Shown in pieces: positions 46,824 to 56,031 of a stretch of DNA of 64,000 nucleotides (positions are counted from its first letter, which is position 1; the number at the start of each line of letters is the position of its first letter). Location of the stretch: positions 106,136-170,135 of IMG/VR virus record IMGVR_UViG_3300037483_000594. One strand, given 5' to 3'. The notes under the pieces are model-generated. The model was not told the origin of the DNA, searched no databases, and saw nothing but the letters and a program-made list of their open reading frames with translations. Made by a program: the position numbers and the translations under genes. This DNA comes from a virus.

Positions 46824-47133
46824 CCTACGGCTGTTCGGCGGGCGGGTGCTCGTGCAGCTCGTGCGTGACGAGGACATCGCACAACTGCTCGGAAACTCCA
46901 CTGTGCTGGTGGTGCCCAACAAGGGCTACGCACTCGCGAAAGTGCTGCTGGTCGGCCCCGGGGTCCGGAAGGGGACGGCGGTTGTTCCTGTGGACGTTGC
47001 CCCCGGGGACCGAGTTGTCATAGCGCCACAGTGGGTAAAAACGAAACAGGCCTGGATACTCGGGGAGGTGTTTGGCGACCACGACACGGTCATCATCCAA
47101 GCGGAGGACATCCTGTGCGTGATCGACGAGTAG
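46810..47133 (+). CDS. groES: GroES-like co-chaperonin
   Basis: LRLFGGRVLV..KVLLVGPG..VAPGDRV..IIQAEDILCVI. Confidence 0.8.
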   Translation: MALPNLRLFGGRVLVQLVRDEDIAQLLGNSTVLVVPNKGYALAKVLLVGPGVRKGTAVVPVDVAPGDRVVIAPQWVKTKQAWILGEVFGDHDTVIIQAEDILCVIDE

Positions 47134-47312
47134 GCCGGCTGTCACAGCACCCGTATCGGACGTGGGGAAGGCTGAGTTGTCGGATAGACCCGCAGCTCCA
47201 CCAGTGGCTCAGCGACCACTCGGTGGACAAAGGCACCCCGATACGAGAACTCGTGGAGACCTTGTTGTACGCGTACCAAAAGCAGTGTGTGCGTGAAGGA
47301 GGACAACTGTGA
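47115..47312 (+). CDS. Small ribbon-helix-helix protein
   Basis: GGAGG RBS; GRLSCRIDPQLHQWL..IRELVETLL. Confidence 0.5.
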   Translation: MRDRRVGRLSQHPYRTWGRLSCRIDPQLHQWLSDHSVDKGTPIRELVETLLYAYQKQCVREGGQL

Positions 47313-47821
47313 CCACGCGAACGATCACACGCGTTTTCAACCTGCCCCCCGGGGCCGACGCAGAGTACGTGGCGCACGTCGTTCAAGACATCATCTCCGC
47401 CGCCATCAGCACCGAGCGCATCATCTGCGAGTTCACGGAAGGACCTCCGCGCATCGAGGCGACCATCCAGCTCCCGGCGTCTCCTGAGGCGGACCCGAAC
47501 CCATCGACGATGTGGTCGCTGTGGGACAGGCTCAAGAACACCGTACAGCTCACCGAGCTGGGCGATGAGGATGGTATCAACATCAACCGGTTGGTCTCAG
47601 CGTTCTTGTTTCTGCAGGAGAAGCGCCTGGTACCCACCGGGGTTCTTGTCACCGACAGAGCTGCCTTCGCCAAGCATGTTGGCGTCTCCGCCGAAGCGTA
47701 CTTTCTGGGGGTGCCTGTTTTTGAAATAGCTGAACTTCCGGTGGCGGTCGTCGTTGTCGGCGGGAGCTCCGGGTCGATCCCACTCCAAGACAGCAGCCTT
47801 GGAGTCATAGTGAGGGAGTGA
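47309..47821 (+). CDS. Hypothetical protein
   Basis: AGGAGG RBS. Confidence 0.65.
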   Translation: MTTRTITRVFNLPPGADAEYVAHVVQDIISAAISTERIICEFTEGPPRIEATIQLPASPEADPNPSTMWSLWDRLKNTVQLTELGDEDGININRLVSAFLFLQEKRLVPTGVLVTDRAAFAKHVGVSAEAYFLGVPVFEIAELPVAVVVVGGSSGSIPLQDSSLGVIVRE

Positions 47822-48024
47822 TGGAAACACATACGGTAGACCAAATCGTTCGGACACCCAGCAAGGTTCGCCACTTCCTGCGGAACGTGGACTGCGGGAC
47901 GTCCCCAGTTTTTATGATGGCTGTGTCGGACAGTGGGCTGGAAGTCGTAAGCCAGTACAGAGAGTCTCACCTGCGTATGAACGTGGAGTGGGACGACCTC
48001 CACGAACTCTTCCGGAGGCGGTAA
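47821..48024 (+). CDS. Small hypothetical protein
   Basis: Coupled overlaps on both sides. Confidence 0.5.
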   Translation: METHTVDQIVRTPSKVRHFLRNVDCGTSPVFMMAVSDSGLEVVSQYRESHLRMNVEWDDLHELFRRR

Positions 48025-48503
48025 TGGAACACGTAGAAGCACTTTGTGCTGCGCTCGAGACCCTTGACGTGGTGGTGCGCAGCAAGGACGTCTCGGAAAC
48101 CACCTTTACCGCGTTGCTCCGTGTCCCCGAGGGGGGAAACGACCCGCGGGGGGTAGAGTACACGGTTTGGCACGAGCTGGTGCACTCCATCATCTCCGCG
48201 GCCAGCACAGCGACCTGGGAACAGCACATCTGCCGAAAGAGCGCCATCGAAAACGGTGTGTACGGGTACGTGTGGCACTTCATGCTCTACGCCGCGACCG
48301 AGGACGAGTTTGTCGAGGCGCTACAGACCGTGACAGGCCTGGCCACCAAGACCGAAGAGCCTGCCGTGCGGCTGGAGAGTGTGCCCCTCATAGGCGGTGC
48401 TGGGCGTAACGTGCCAAAGGACAGGATGGGGAAAGCCCCGCACGGTGGGTCAAAGCTGCTGGTGGGTGGGTCACGGGGAGCGGAATACGGAGCCACGAAG
48501 TGA
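48024..48503 (+). CDS. Hypothetical protein
   Basis: GGAGG RBS, TAATG overlap. Confidence 0.6.
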   Translation: MEHVEALCAALETLDVVVRSKDVSETTFTALLRVPEGGNDPRGVEYTVWHELVHSIISAASTATWEQHICRKSAIENGVYGYVWHFMLYAATEDEFVEALQTVTGLATKTEEPAVRLESVPLIGGAGRNVPKDRMGKAPHGGSKLLVGGSRGAEYGATK

Positions 48504-49180
48504 CGAAGCAAGCGTCTCGAGCAGACCTAGAGCTGCCTTATCTCGCGTCTCCGCTTGAGTCTCCGGAACTCGCGGCGCTTGAGGCCAAGCGCCAAGAGCT
48601 GCGCCAACGGGTGCAGCTCGCCGCGGTTGAGAGCTTGCGCGCGCAGCACCTCGTAGAAGTGCACTTCGGGGAGGAGCGGAGCGCGTTCAAGCCTTACGTC
48701 GGGGTCGTGGTGACACTGACCAGGGCGAGGCTGGAAAACGGAGAGGACGTGTTCGGAGGAGGGGCCTTGACCTCCCTGTACCCTTGCCCGGACGACCACT
48801 GCCCTCAGTTCATCCACCCCAGCCTGGTTTCCCCCACCCTGGGGGTCACGGTGTGCCCTCGTTGCCAGCGGCAATGGCCTGTCCGGGACATGAGTTGTGA
48901 GCGTGGGTTCAGGCTTACCACCCAGAACTGGGCGTTTGTCTTGGCGCGCATTGTTCTGCGTGCTGAACTCAACACTGACATCCGGGTGAACTACACGCCC
49001 AAAAACCTCATCAAAGCCACCTTGCTGTCGCGGGAGCGCGGAAAGCTCTCTCATGGGGACGAGGTGAACGCAGTGCGCGCGTCTTTGAAGGCCGTGGTCT
49101 ACCCCATGTCCAGGTTGCTCACCGACCTGAGTTCTGGGGCAGAGCTCGAGACCTGTCTCCGCGCGTTTTTGGAGGCGTGA
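48500..49180 (+). CDS. Zinc-finger-containing hypothetical protein
   Basis: CPDDHC..CPRC. Confidence 0.6.
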   Translation: MTKQASRADLELPYLASPLESPELAALEAKRQELRQRVQLAAVESLRAQHLVEVHFGEERSAFKPYVGVVVTLTRARLENGEDVFGGGALTSLYPCPDDHCPQFIHPSLVSPTLGVTVCPRCQRQWPVRDMSCERGFRLTTQNWAFVLARIVLRAELNTDIRVNYTPKNLIKATLLSRERGKLSHGDEVNAVRASLKAVVYPMSRLLTDLSSGAELETCLRAFLEA

Positions 49181-49392
49181 TGGAAAGCGCAACCTTGGGG
49201 CAGCTCATGGACAAGATCGGGGATCTGCGCGCCACGGCGTCCCTGTGGGAGTCCGTGCTCACCTTTTTGCAAACCGAGGCAGCTGGGTTCCCAGCGGCGC
49301 AGTTAGCCGTGGTCGTGAACAAGGTCGAGGCTGAGAGGCAGGCTGTGCAAGACGAGATCACAAGGCTCAGAGGGTTGGTGTACCGTGGATGA
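49177..49392 (+). CDS. Small coiled-coil protein
   Basis: GGAGG RBS, overlap with upstream gene. Confidence 0.55.
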   Translation: MMESATLGQLMDKIGDLRATASLWESVLTFLQTEAAGFPAAQLAVVVNKVEAERQAVQDEITRLRGLVYRG

Positions 49393-49612
49393 AGGAAATG
49401 TGCTGAACTCCATTGCGATACAGTTCTTGAAGTCGGAGGTGACGCTGGACATTCTTGTCCGTGCGGGGCTGACCACCTACGACGAGTACGCGACGCTTCT
49501 TGCTGCCAAGAAGGAGCTGTTGCAAGGGCTTTCTCGTCAGACGCACCTCGAGAAAGACAAGGTAGAGGCACCGCGTGTGTTCGTGCTCGAGGCACCCCAT
49601 GAAAAAGGCTAA
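49385..49612 (+). CDS. Small hypothetical protein
   Basis: Operon packing. Confidence 0.5.
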   Translation: MDEGNVLNSIAIQFLKSEVTLDILVRAGLTTYDEYATLLAAKKELLQGLSRQTHLEKDKVEAPRVFVLEAPHEKG

Positions 49613-50204
49613 GAACGTAGTGCTGATCGTTGTGACCTGCGTGGCTGTGACAGGAGCGGTGGCACTGACCGTGTTCGCTGTGCTGCGACAACCTTCTGCC
49701 TCCCCTCTCCGGGTCTGTCCGGTGGAGGGGCGCCCCTCTCCTATCAGTGACGAGTGCCCCGAGCTCGTCCGGAAGAGCACCGCTTTCCCGCTGTCGGTGC
49801 GGGCCAACGTCCCCCCAGACTCGTCCGAGTTCAAGACACTGCGGTCGGCCTGCGCGACAGTGAACCGCGTGAAAGCGGTGCTCACGCTGTTCGACACGGA
49901 GGTCGAATCTCCGGATGTGGATGTGCTCTTTCGGGAGCCTCACGACCCCGACGCCTTCTCCGCGACCGAGACCACCTCCTTCATGCGGCGTGGTGAGCGC
50001 TGGCTGGTCACGATCCGGGTCGGAAACACGCCCGATGACACTGTCCTGTACGTCGTTCTTGTGCACGCCCTAGGGCACGCGCTTAGCCTACGGCACAGCA
50101 CAGACCAGTCCTCGTTCATGTACCCCACCGTCGACCCTGAGCTAGAACCACCGTTTTTGCCGCGCTTTACTGACCCCGAGACAGCCCTCCTGCAAAGTCT
50201 GTAA
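49599..50204 (+). CDS. Membrane-anchored matrixin/metzincin-like protein with degenerate active site
   Basis: N-terminal transmembrane segment; HALGHALSLRH plus FMYP Met-turn; catalytic Glu replaced by Ala. Confidence 0.72.
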   Translation: MKKAKNVVLIVVTCVAVTGAVALTVFAVLRQPSASPLRVCPVEGRPSPISDECPELVRKSTAFPLSVRANVPPDSSEFKTLRSACATVNRVKAVLTLFDTEVESPDVDVLFREPHDPDAFSATETTSFMRRGERWLVTIRVGNTPDDTVLYVVLVHALGHALSLRHSTDQSSFMYPTVDPELEPPFLPRFTDPETALLQSL

Positions 50205-50248
50205 TTCTTCACGTTTGGCGGCAGTCAGTAACCTTGTATAGTTGAACT

Positions 50249-50473
50249 ATGACCGATGAAGAAACTGCGCAGGTTGCTAAGTTGCTAACTCTGCTCGAGG
50301 AGAATCTGCTCCGGAAAGTGGAGGCCCAGGTCACTGCTCTCCTAAAGCCGTTAAGTGATGAGCTGCGTTTGACGCGGCGGGCCATCGCGTCACAGGGTAA
50401 GCACGTCGGAGAGCTTCTTAGCGTCGTGGACAAGTGCGTCATGTGTACGCGTGCGGAGGGTGAAAATGAATGA
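50249..50473 (+). CDS. Small coiled-coil protein
   Basis: 74-aa ORF after an AT-rich gap. Confidence 0.55.
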   Translation: MTDEETAQVAKLLTLLEENLLRKVEAQVTALLKPLSDELRLTRRAIASQGKHVGELLSVVDKCVMCTRAEGENE

Positions 50474-51206
50474 AAAGGAGAAGGCTTCCCGGGCGGCCCG
50501 CACGGAGTTCCAGACTCCGAGACCCAAAGACATCCCTCCGGAGGGGGGTGCACTCGCTGCGTACCTGCGCACCATAGAACGACTCGACAGCCAGGGCAGG
50601 CACCACGGGCAAGCGCTAGAGCGGATAGAGGCGACGCTAGACGCGCAGAGCGCGCTTCTCAAAGAGGTGCGTGTGCCGCACGTCTGCTTGAAAGAGGATA
50701 CGTTCTACGATGTCAAGGACGACCTCAAGACGGTTGGGGCGACGCTGGCCACAGTCTCCGACGCCCTTAGCCAGACGCACAGCTCGATCACCGTGCTCGC
50801 TAACTCGGTCGAGGAGTTTGAAAAAAAAGAGAATGGGCGTCGTGGATTTCTTATCGCCATATTCCTTACGGTACTGCTGGCCGTGGTCACCGGGGTCTTC
50901 TACCTCGGGGGGTTGAACGAGCGTGTGAAGGCTGGGTCGGGTGCGGTCGAACTCGCCCGGCAAGTGGACGGCAAACTGCAGCGGCTTCAAGACAGCTTTT
51001 CAAGGATCGAAGGCGAGCGGGAGAAGGTTCGTCCGCTCGACAAAGAGGTGGTGCAGGCCCTGCGTGCTATCCGGCCTTCTCAGAATTTCTGCCAGAGTCT
51101 TGCGCCGATCATCCAGCGGATAAAGCAGCGGGTGGCCAAGGAAGACCTGCCGAACTGCCCGCAGTTTGTGGAGGAAAATGAGAAGTCTTCTACTGAGGGT
51201 GACTGA
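50466..51206 (+). CDS. Single-pass membrane coiled-coil protein
   Basis: GFLIAIFLTVLLAVVTGVFYLGG flanked by coiled coils. Confidence 0.65.
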   Translation: MNEKEKASRAARTEFQTPRPKDIPPEGGALAAYLRTIERLDSQGRHHGQALERIEATLDAQSALLKEVRVPHVCLKEDTFYDVKDDLKTVGATLATVSDALSQTHSSITVLANSVEEFEKKENGRRGFLIAIFLTVLLAVVTGVFYLGGLNERVKAGSGAVELARQVDGKLQRLQDSFSRIEGEREKVRPLDKEVVQALRAIRPSQNFCQSLAPIIQRIKQRVAKEDLPNCPQFVEENEKSSTEGD

Positions 51207-52098
51207 CCCCGACGCCCTGCTCTTGGAGTTCTCCGCGATTGAGATCCTGCGGGGTGAGGTGGGAGCTCCGTTTTTCCCGATTACTGCCCCTGCCGCGGAG
51301 CCGGGGCAAGTGGAGTGTTCGGCTGGCCCGTACGACGTTGGTGGGCTGACCCTCTCGCTCGCGGTCGATGCGGGGGCGACCCAGCACGTGCTCCTGACGT
51401 CCCACGATCCGGTTACCGCCGCCGATCTCGCGGACGAGGTGAACACGAAGTTCACGGGGATGGCAGCCTCGGCGGTCGGGGACACCCTTGTGTTGGCTAG
51501 CGCCACCATAGGCACTGGCTCGAAACTGACGGTGGTGACAGGCACGTCCCTTTCCGCACTTGGGTTGACTGTCGGCGATCACTTTGGGAAAGCGGCGCAC
51601 CTTCCGCTGGTCACTATGGTCTACGACTACACCCTTGAAGACACGCTCGGAGGGGCTACGCACTCCTACGTGGCCCGCGCCACAAACGCGGAGGGTGGAG
51701 TTGGGGGCACGTACATACCGGTGTACGACGAGGCAAACCTGGCAGTGGACCCAGGTGACCTAGCGCTGCTCACCGTGGACCTCGCCTCGGTCAACGGTGT
51801 GGCCGCTGCCGGCCAGCGGGTCGCCCTTTCCCTGGCCAACCCCGCCGCTGTAACGGTTGTCTCCGGACTGATGGTCGGCAACGAGCCCCCCGTGCTCCTG
51901 ACCACCGACGAGTTCGGACACGCGGAGACGCTGGTCGTGAAAGGCATCACCGTGGACGTGCACGTCTCCGGGACAAGCCTTGCTCGCCGGATCACCGTTC
52001 CCTCCGCAGACTTTGCCCTGGGAGACGCTGTGGCCACTGCCGAAGACCTGTTCCAAATCCACGTGCTAGCGCTCCCTGCCGCCCCCCACCACACATGA
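51178..52098 (+). CDS. Putative virion structural protein sharing the tail-sheath insertion domain
   Basis: TLSLAVDAGATQHV..TAADLADEVN..LVLASATIGTGSKLTV. Confidence 0.6.
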   Translation: MRSLLLRVTDPDALLLEFSAIEILRGEVGAPFFPITAPAAEPGQVECSAGPYDVGGLTLSLAVDAGATQHVLLTSHDPVTAADLADEVNTKFTGMAASAVGDTLVLASATIGTGSKLTVVTGTSLSALGLTVGDHFGKAAHLPLVTMVYDYTLEDTLGGATHSYVARATNAEGGVGGTYIPVYDEANLAVDPGDLALLTVDLASVNGVAAAGQRVALSLANPAAVTVVSGLMVGNEPPVLLTTDEFGHAETLVVKGITVDVHVSGTSLARRITVPSADFALGDAVATAEDLFQIHVLALPAAPHHT

Positions 52099-52141
52099 AT
52101 TGATCAGGGTGTATGCTGGTATAAGAGGAGGTACCATTTAG

Positions 52142-52993
52142 ATGGATACGAAAGCACTGGTGAGAGATGTGTCGTTGGGGGCGTGGGTCGATATCCCCAA
52201 GAGAAAGATCCTCACGCCGAAGTTCGTCGAGCATTACGCGTCGCTGAACTTCGACATGATGGCGGTTATGATTGACCAGTCGGACAGCGACCCCACCCTC
52301 AGCTTTAGCCCGAAGGACGTGGAAGTGCTCTCCGCGCTTCTGGACCCTTTTGCTATCGAGCTGGTGCTGACCACCTGGGCTTACCCGCGTCGCGGGCAGA
52401 TCGATGCCCTGTGCCGACAGATGCGTGAGCTGATGCGTGCTGGGCCCGTGGTGGGCTGGGAGAACGACGTGGAGTTCAACTGGAACTCCCGGGTGGCGGT
52501 CGTGGGGTTCCCCTCTCTGGACGCTGCGGGAGACTACCTGATAGAGCAGGTAACCGCTGTGTGCAAGGAGCAGGACGCTCGAGCGGAGTTCACCACGTTC
52601 ACCGAACACGCGGAGAACTCGGCACGTGCTGACGTGACACCCCACGCAGACCGTATCAGCCTGCAGGCCTACTCAGTGAGCTCTCGCAAAGACAGCGAGG
52701 GGCGCAGCCGCCCGGTGGCCTGGTCCGGCAACGAGGGCCCCGGGAAGATGCAGGTGCGCACCCTGGACAGAGCCGCCCTGATCCCGGGGATCGCGGACGG
52801 GCAGCCACAGGTGTGCGTGGGGCTGGCCTCTTACCTTCAGAACTTTCCAGGGCACTCGGTAGACGAGGCCATGCGCTTGGCGGTGCACACCGCCTGCTCC
52901 CACAAGGTCCCGGTGGTAGAGCTGCGCTGGTGGTCCATAAAGCACATCCTCGACAACAGCACCTACGAAGACTTCTTCCGAAGTCTCCGCTAA
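52142..52993 (+). CDS. Hypothetical protein, possibly glycoside-hydrolase-like
   Basis: GAGGAGG RBS; alpha/beta pattern with ENDVE and LQAYS; weak. Confidence 0.45.
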   Translation: MDTKALVRDVSLGAWVDIPKRKILTPKFVEHYASLNFDMMAVMIDQSDSDPTLSFSPKDVEVLSALLDPFAIELVLTTWAYPRRGQIDALCRQMRELMRAGPVVGWENDVEFNWNSRVAVVGFPSLDAAGDYLIEQVTAVCKEQDARAEFTTFTEHAENSARADVTPHADRISLQAYSVSSRKDSEGRSRPVAWSGNEGPGKMQVRTLDRAALIPGIADGQPQVCVGLASYLQNFPGHSVDEAMRLAVHTACSHKVPVVELRWWSIKHILDNSTYEDFFRSLR

Positions 52994-53008
52994 CCAAAAG
53001 GAGAGAAA

Positions 53009-53515
53009 ATGCTACGAAGGCGCAAGGCGTCATGGGAGAGGTGTCACCCGGCGGTGAGCAGGAGGCAGCCTTTCGGGCTGCTGTGCAGCAACCCGGTGTT
53101 GGACGCGCTCACGGCAGAAGCGGCCCTTGCCGCCGTGTGTCTGCGTGAGTGCGCCCGAAGCGGGCTTATCCACTGCCCTGGGTGTGATCTGCCGATCAGC
53201 CCCGCAGACCTGCTGGGGCCAGCGGCTGCCGGGAGCCTGCTGCTGGGTGCTGTGCCGGGCCACCCGTTCTGCGGCGTGGTCCCGGAACCGCTGGCCCCCG
53301 ACTACTGGAAGCGTGAAAACGCAAAGGAGGTGAAGCGGTGCAAAGCCGCCGCGGAAGACAGCTACTTCGAGTGGGTGGAGTCCCGCACAGACAAAGACTG
53401 TCTGAGCTACTGCCCCGTGTGTGACAGGCCGTTTGACCCCCTAACACCACATGCCATGGCGTGCTTTTTAAACGGTGGGGTGCCTGGGCATCCCTGCAGA
53501 CTGGAGGAGCAATGA
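53009..53515 (+). CDS. Cys/His-rich protein with two CxxC..PGHP(F)C repeats
   Basis: CPGCDLP..VPGHPFC and CPVCDRP..VPGHPC; ATGA-coupled to the MoxR gene. Confidence 0.7.
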   Translation: MLRRRKASWERCHPAVSRRQPFGLLCSNPVLDALTAEAALAAVCLRECARSGLIHCPGCDLPISPADLLGPAAAGSLLLGAVPGHPFCGVVPEPLAPDYWKRENAKEVKRCKAAAEDSYFEWVESRTDKDCLSYCPVCDRPFDPLTPHAMACFLNGGVPGHPCRLEEQ

Positions 53516-54714
53516 ATCTCGCAGACTTGACGAAACTCGTGCGGACGTGCGTGGAGACCAGGGTCCCGGTGATGTTGAGCGGGCCGCCTGGGGCGGCCAA
53601 GACCGAGTCTTTGGAGCAGCTTTCCACGGAGCTGGAAGCGGGGTTTGTCCCGGTGGCGGTGGCGACACGTCCGGCTGAGGACTTCTCGGGGATCGCTGTC
53701 CCCGAGAACATGGTGACGACCTTGGTGACCAAGGTCGCCTCCAACTTTGCGGAGACAGGGGAGGTTCAGTGGGGAAAGATCGCCGCTGAACTCCAGAAGC
53801 CCTCGGCTTCGCAGGGGGTGCGCCAAGAGCCTATGTCCTGGCTCACCCGCGCTATCCGGTTGGGGGAGACGCGCCCCGGAGGGTGCATCGTACTCCTGGA
53901 CGAGTTCGGGTGCGCGAAGGCCTCTACGCAGGCGGCGATGCTCTCGCTTGTCCAGAGCCGGTACTGCGGCGACACGCGCATCCCCCCCACCGTGGCCTTT
54001 GTGGCGGCCACGAACCCAGTGGATCAGTCTGCTGGCGGGTGGGAGCTGCCGCTTCCCACCATCTCTCGGTGGGTTCACGTCCCCTGGCCCGGGCCTTCCA
54101 CCGACGAGTGGACTTCTTGGCTCCTCAACAAGTCTCTCTCCGGTTCCGCCGAGGTGTGGCGCGGAAAGGCCGGGCAAGAGGTCCGTGCGCTCGTTGCCGG
54201 GTTCCTCAACAAGCTGCCACACCTGCTTTGTGAAGTGCCGTCTTACGCGGCAAACAACGGGGCCTACCCCTGCCCCCGTAGCTGGTTCAACGGGGCCTTG
54301 CTACTCGCGGCCTTGCGCGCCCAGGGGTGCTCTGCCACCCTGCAACACACCGCGCTCTCCGGCGCTGTTGGTTCGGGGGTGTCCACCCAGTTTTTCGCTT
54401 GGGTCGAGGAGTCTGGGCTGCCTGACCCGGACGAAATCCTGCGCGACCCCAAAGCCTGGACCCCACCTGCCGGTCGAGCGGACAAGACCATGGCCATCCT
54501 GCTCGGGGTCACCTACGCCGTCGCGGGAAAGCCAACCCAGACACGGGTGGACAAAGCGCTCGACGCGATCATCCGCGCTGCCGACGCTGGGCAAGCCGGG
54601 GTTGCCATCACGGTCGTCAAGCCCTTCCTAACCAACCCCGCCATCCTTCCCTTCCTCAAGGAGCCCACCCAGCTCGCAGCACTCACGGACATCTTGGGAC
54701 TACCCCGTTTCTAG
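53512..54714 (+). CDS. MoxR-type AAA+ ATPase
   Basis: GGAGG RBS; Walker A GPPGAAKT, Walker B VLLDEF, AATNP, ISRW, CPRSW. Confidence 0.88.
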   Translation: MNLADLTKLVRTCVETRVPVMLSGPPGAAKTESLEQLSTELEAGFVPVAVATRPAEDFSGIAVPENMVTTLVTKVASNFAETGEVQWGKIAAELQKPSASQGVRQEPMSWLTRAIRLGETRPGGCIVLLDEFGCAKASTQAAMLSLVQSRYCGDTRIPPTVAFVAATNPVDQSAGGWELPLPTISRWVHVPWPGPSTDEWTSWLLNKSLSGSAEVWRGKAGQEVRALVAGFLNKLPHLLCEVPSYAANNGAYPCPRSWFNGALLLAALRAQGCSATLQHTALSGAVGSGVSTQFFAWVEESGLPDPDEILRDPKAWTPPAGRADKTMAILLGVTYAVAGKPTQTRVDKALDAIIRAADAGQAGVAITVVKPFLTNPAILPFLKEPTQLAALTDILGLPRF

Positions 54715-54742
54715 CCCTTCCTCTGGGGGGGCCGGAGGACAC

Positions 54743-55381
54743 ATGAAACACGCAACTCTCCCAGTTTCACAGACATTGTTTTGCTGTGGGGAGCACCACA
54801 CCATTTACATTTCAAAAAGTGGTGCGTTTAGCAGCCCTCAGCATAGTGGTGCCAGGGTGCGGGGGCTGGATGTAGCCGCTCAGCTCACCGGGCGTACCTC
54901 ACCGTGTCAGCTTATCTTCGCGTTTTTGCGCGGAGAGGTGACATTGGACGCCGTGGTCGAGGTTGACACTCTTGAGCTCTCCGGTGAATTTATTTCGTTT
55001 TTGTGCGCCATCCACGTAAAGAGGAGCTCGTCCACTGTGGTGTCGTGGCGTACTGTTGACCGGCGGGTGGCATTCTACGACTTCGTGTACAAGGATCTGA
55101 CTTTTTATCTGGTGCCGCCGCGCCGGGTAAACCCGACAGACGTTGCACTGGCCCTGCAGGACCGCGAACTGCAGGCTAACGAGTACTTCGATATGCGGCG
55201 GCAGGCGCTGGGTAGGCACGCATTCAGCCGCAAGCACACCATGAGCACTTTTGACCAAACAGCTACGCTGACGCGCGTGACGCTTCCGCTAACCCAGCGT
55301 GTCCGGCTTATGGCTGAGGTCGACAAGCTCTACGTAGTGCCACGACTGATGGTTTACACCGTGTCTGAGGAGGTAATTTGA
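54743..55381 (+). CDS. Array paralogue 1 (divergent subgroup)
   Basis: CCGEHH..SKSG..PQH..DV..SPC; YFDMRRQALG..HTMS. Confidence 0.75.
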   Translation: MKHATLPVSQTLFCCGEHHTIYISKSGAFSSPQHSGARVRGLDVAAQLTGRTSPCQLIFAFLRGEVTLDAVVEVDTLELSGEFISFLCAIHVKRSSSTVVSWRTVDRRVAFYDFVYKDLTFYLVPPRRVNPTDVALALQDRELQANEYFDMRRQALGRHAFSRKHTMSTFDQTATLTRVTLPLTQRVRLMAEVDKLYVVPRLMVYTVSEEVI

Positions 55382-56031
55382 GAAGACAAGACCAGCTCGC
55401 CGATCGGGCCGCCGTCAGGCAACCCGTCCTTTGCTGTGGGGAGCAACACGTCATCCACATTTCAAAAAGTGGAAGGTTCAGCAGCCCCCAGCACACAGGG
55501 GACAGGGTGCGGGCCTTTGACGTTGTCGAACAGCTCCAAGGGCGTGTTTCCCCGTGCATGACCGTCCTTCGGTTTTTGCAGGGGGAGCTGCCAACGGAGG
55601 AGGCGATGAGGTTCCCGGGGCTCACGTCTGAGTTCTTGTCCTTGCTGGGGAGGGTCACCGCGTCCAGGGTTGTGCGACACCCCCCGGTTGAGAGGCCGGG
55701 TCCGTATACGCGGTTTGTGCACTTCTTGCACGACGACCTGACCTTTCACCTGCGTGGGCTCCCCCCGGATGTGTTGGCCGGTCCTGTCCCGCGCGCAGAG
55801 GGGCGGTTGTGGAGCCTGCTGAAGACCGGCGACGTGAAGGTGTACTTTGACCAACGGAGACGCCTGTTGGGCACCCGGGCGTTTAGTCATGCGCACACCA
55901 TAAGCAAGCTTGCGATCACCGACTCCACGGTGGTCACGTGGCTACCCTTACTTTGTACGAAGATCGTGGCACTTGTGGAACGGGCAGAGCCGCAACCAAG
56001 ACTACGAATCTTTCTGAAGGGGATGCGATGA
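55378..56031 (+). CDS. Array paralogue 2 (divergent subgroup)
   Basis: CCGEQH..SKSG..PQH..DV..SPC; YFDQRRRLLG..HTIS. Confidence 0.75.
   Translation: MRRQDQLADRAAVRQPVLCCGEQHVIHISKSGRFSSPQHTGDRVRAFDVVEQLQGRVSPCMTVLRFLQGELPTEEAMRFPGLTSEFLSLLGRVTASRVVRHPPVERPGPYTRFVHFLHDDLTFHLRGLPPDVLAGPVPRAEGRLWSLLKTGDVKVYFDQRRRLLGTRAFSHAHTISKLAITDSTVVTWLPLLCTKIVALVERAEPQPRLRIFLKGMR

Noticed and set aside
49599-52993. Lysis cassette (holin, spanin, endolysin)
   Set aside because: Membrane proteins are present but no lipobox or recognisable endolysin motif was found, so the call is unsupported.
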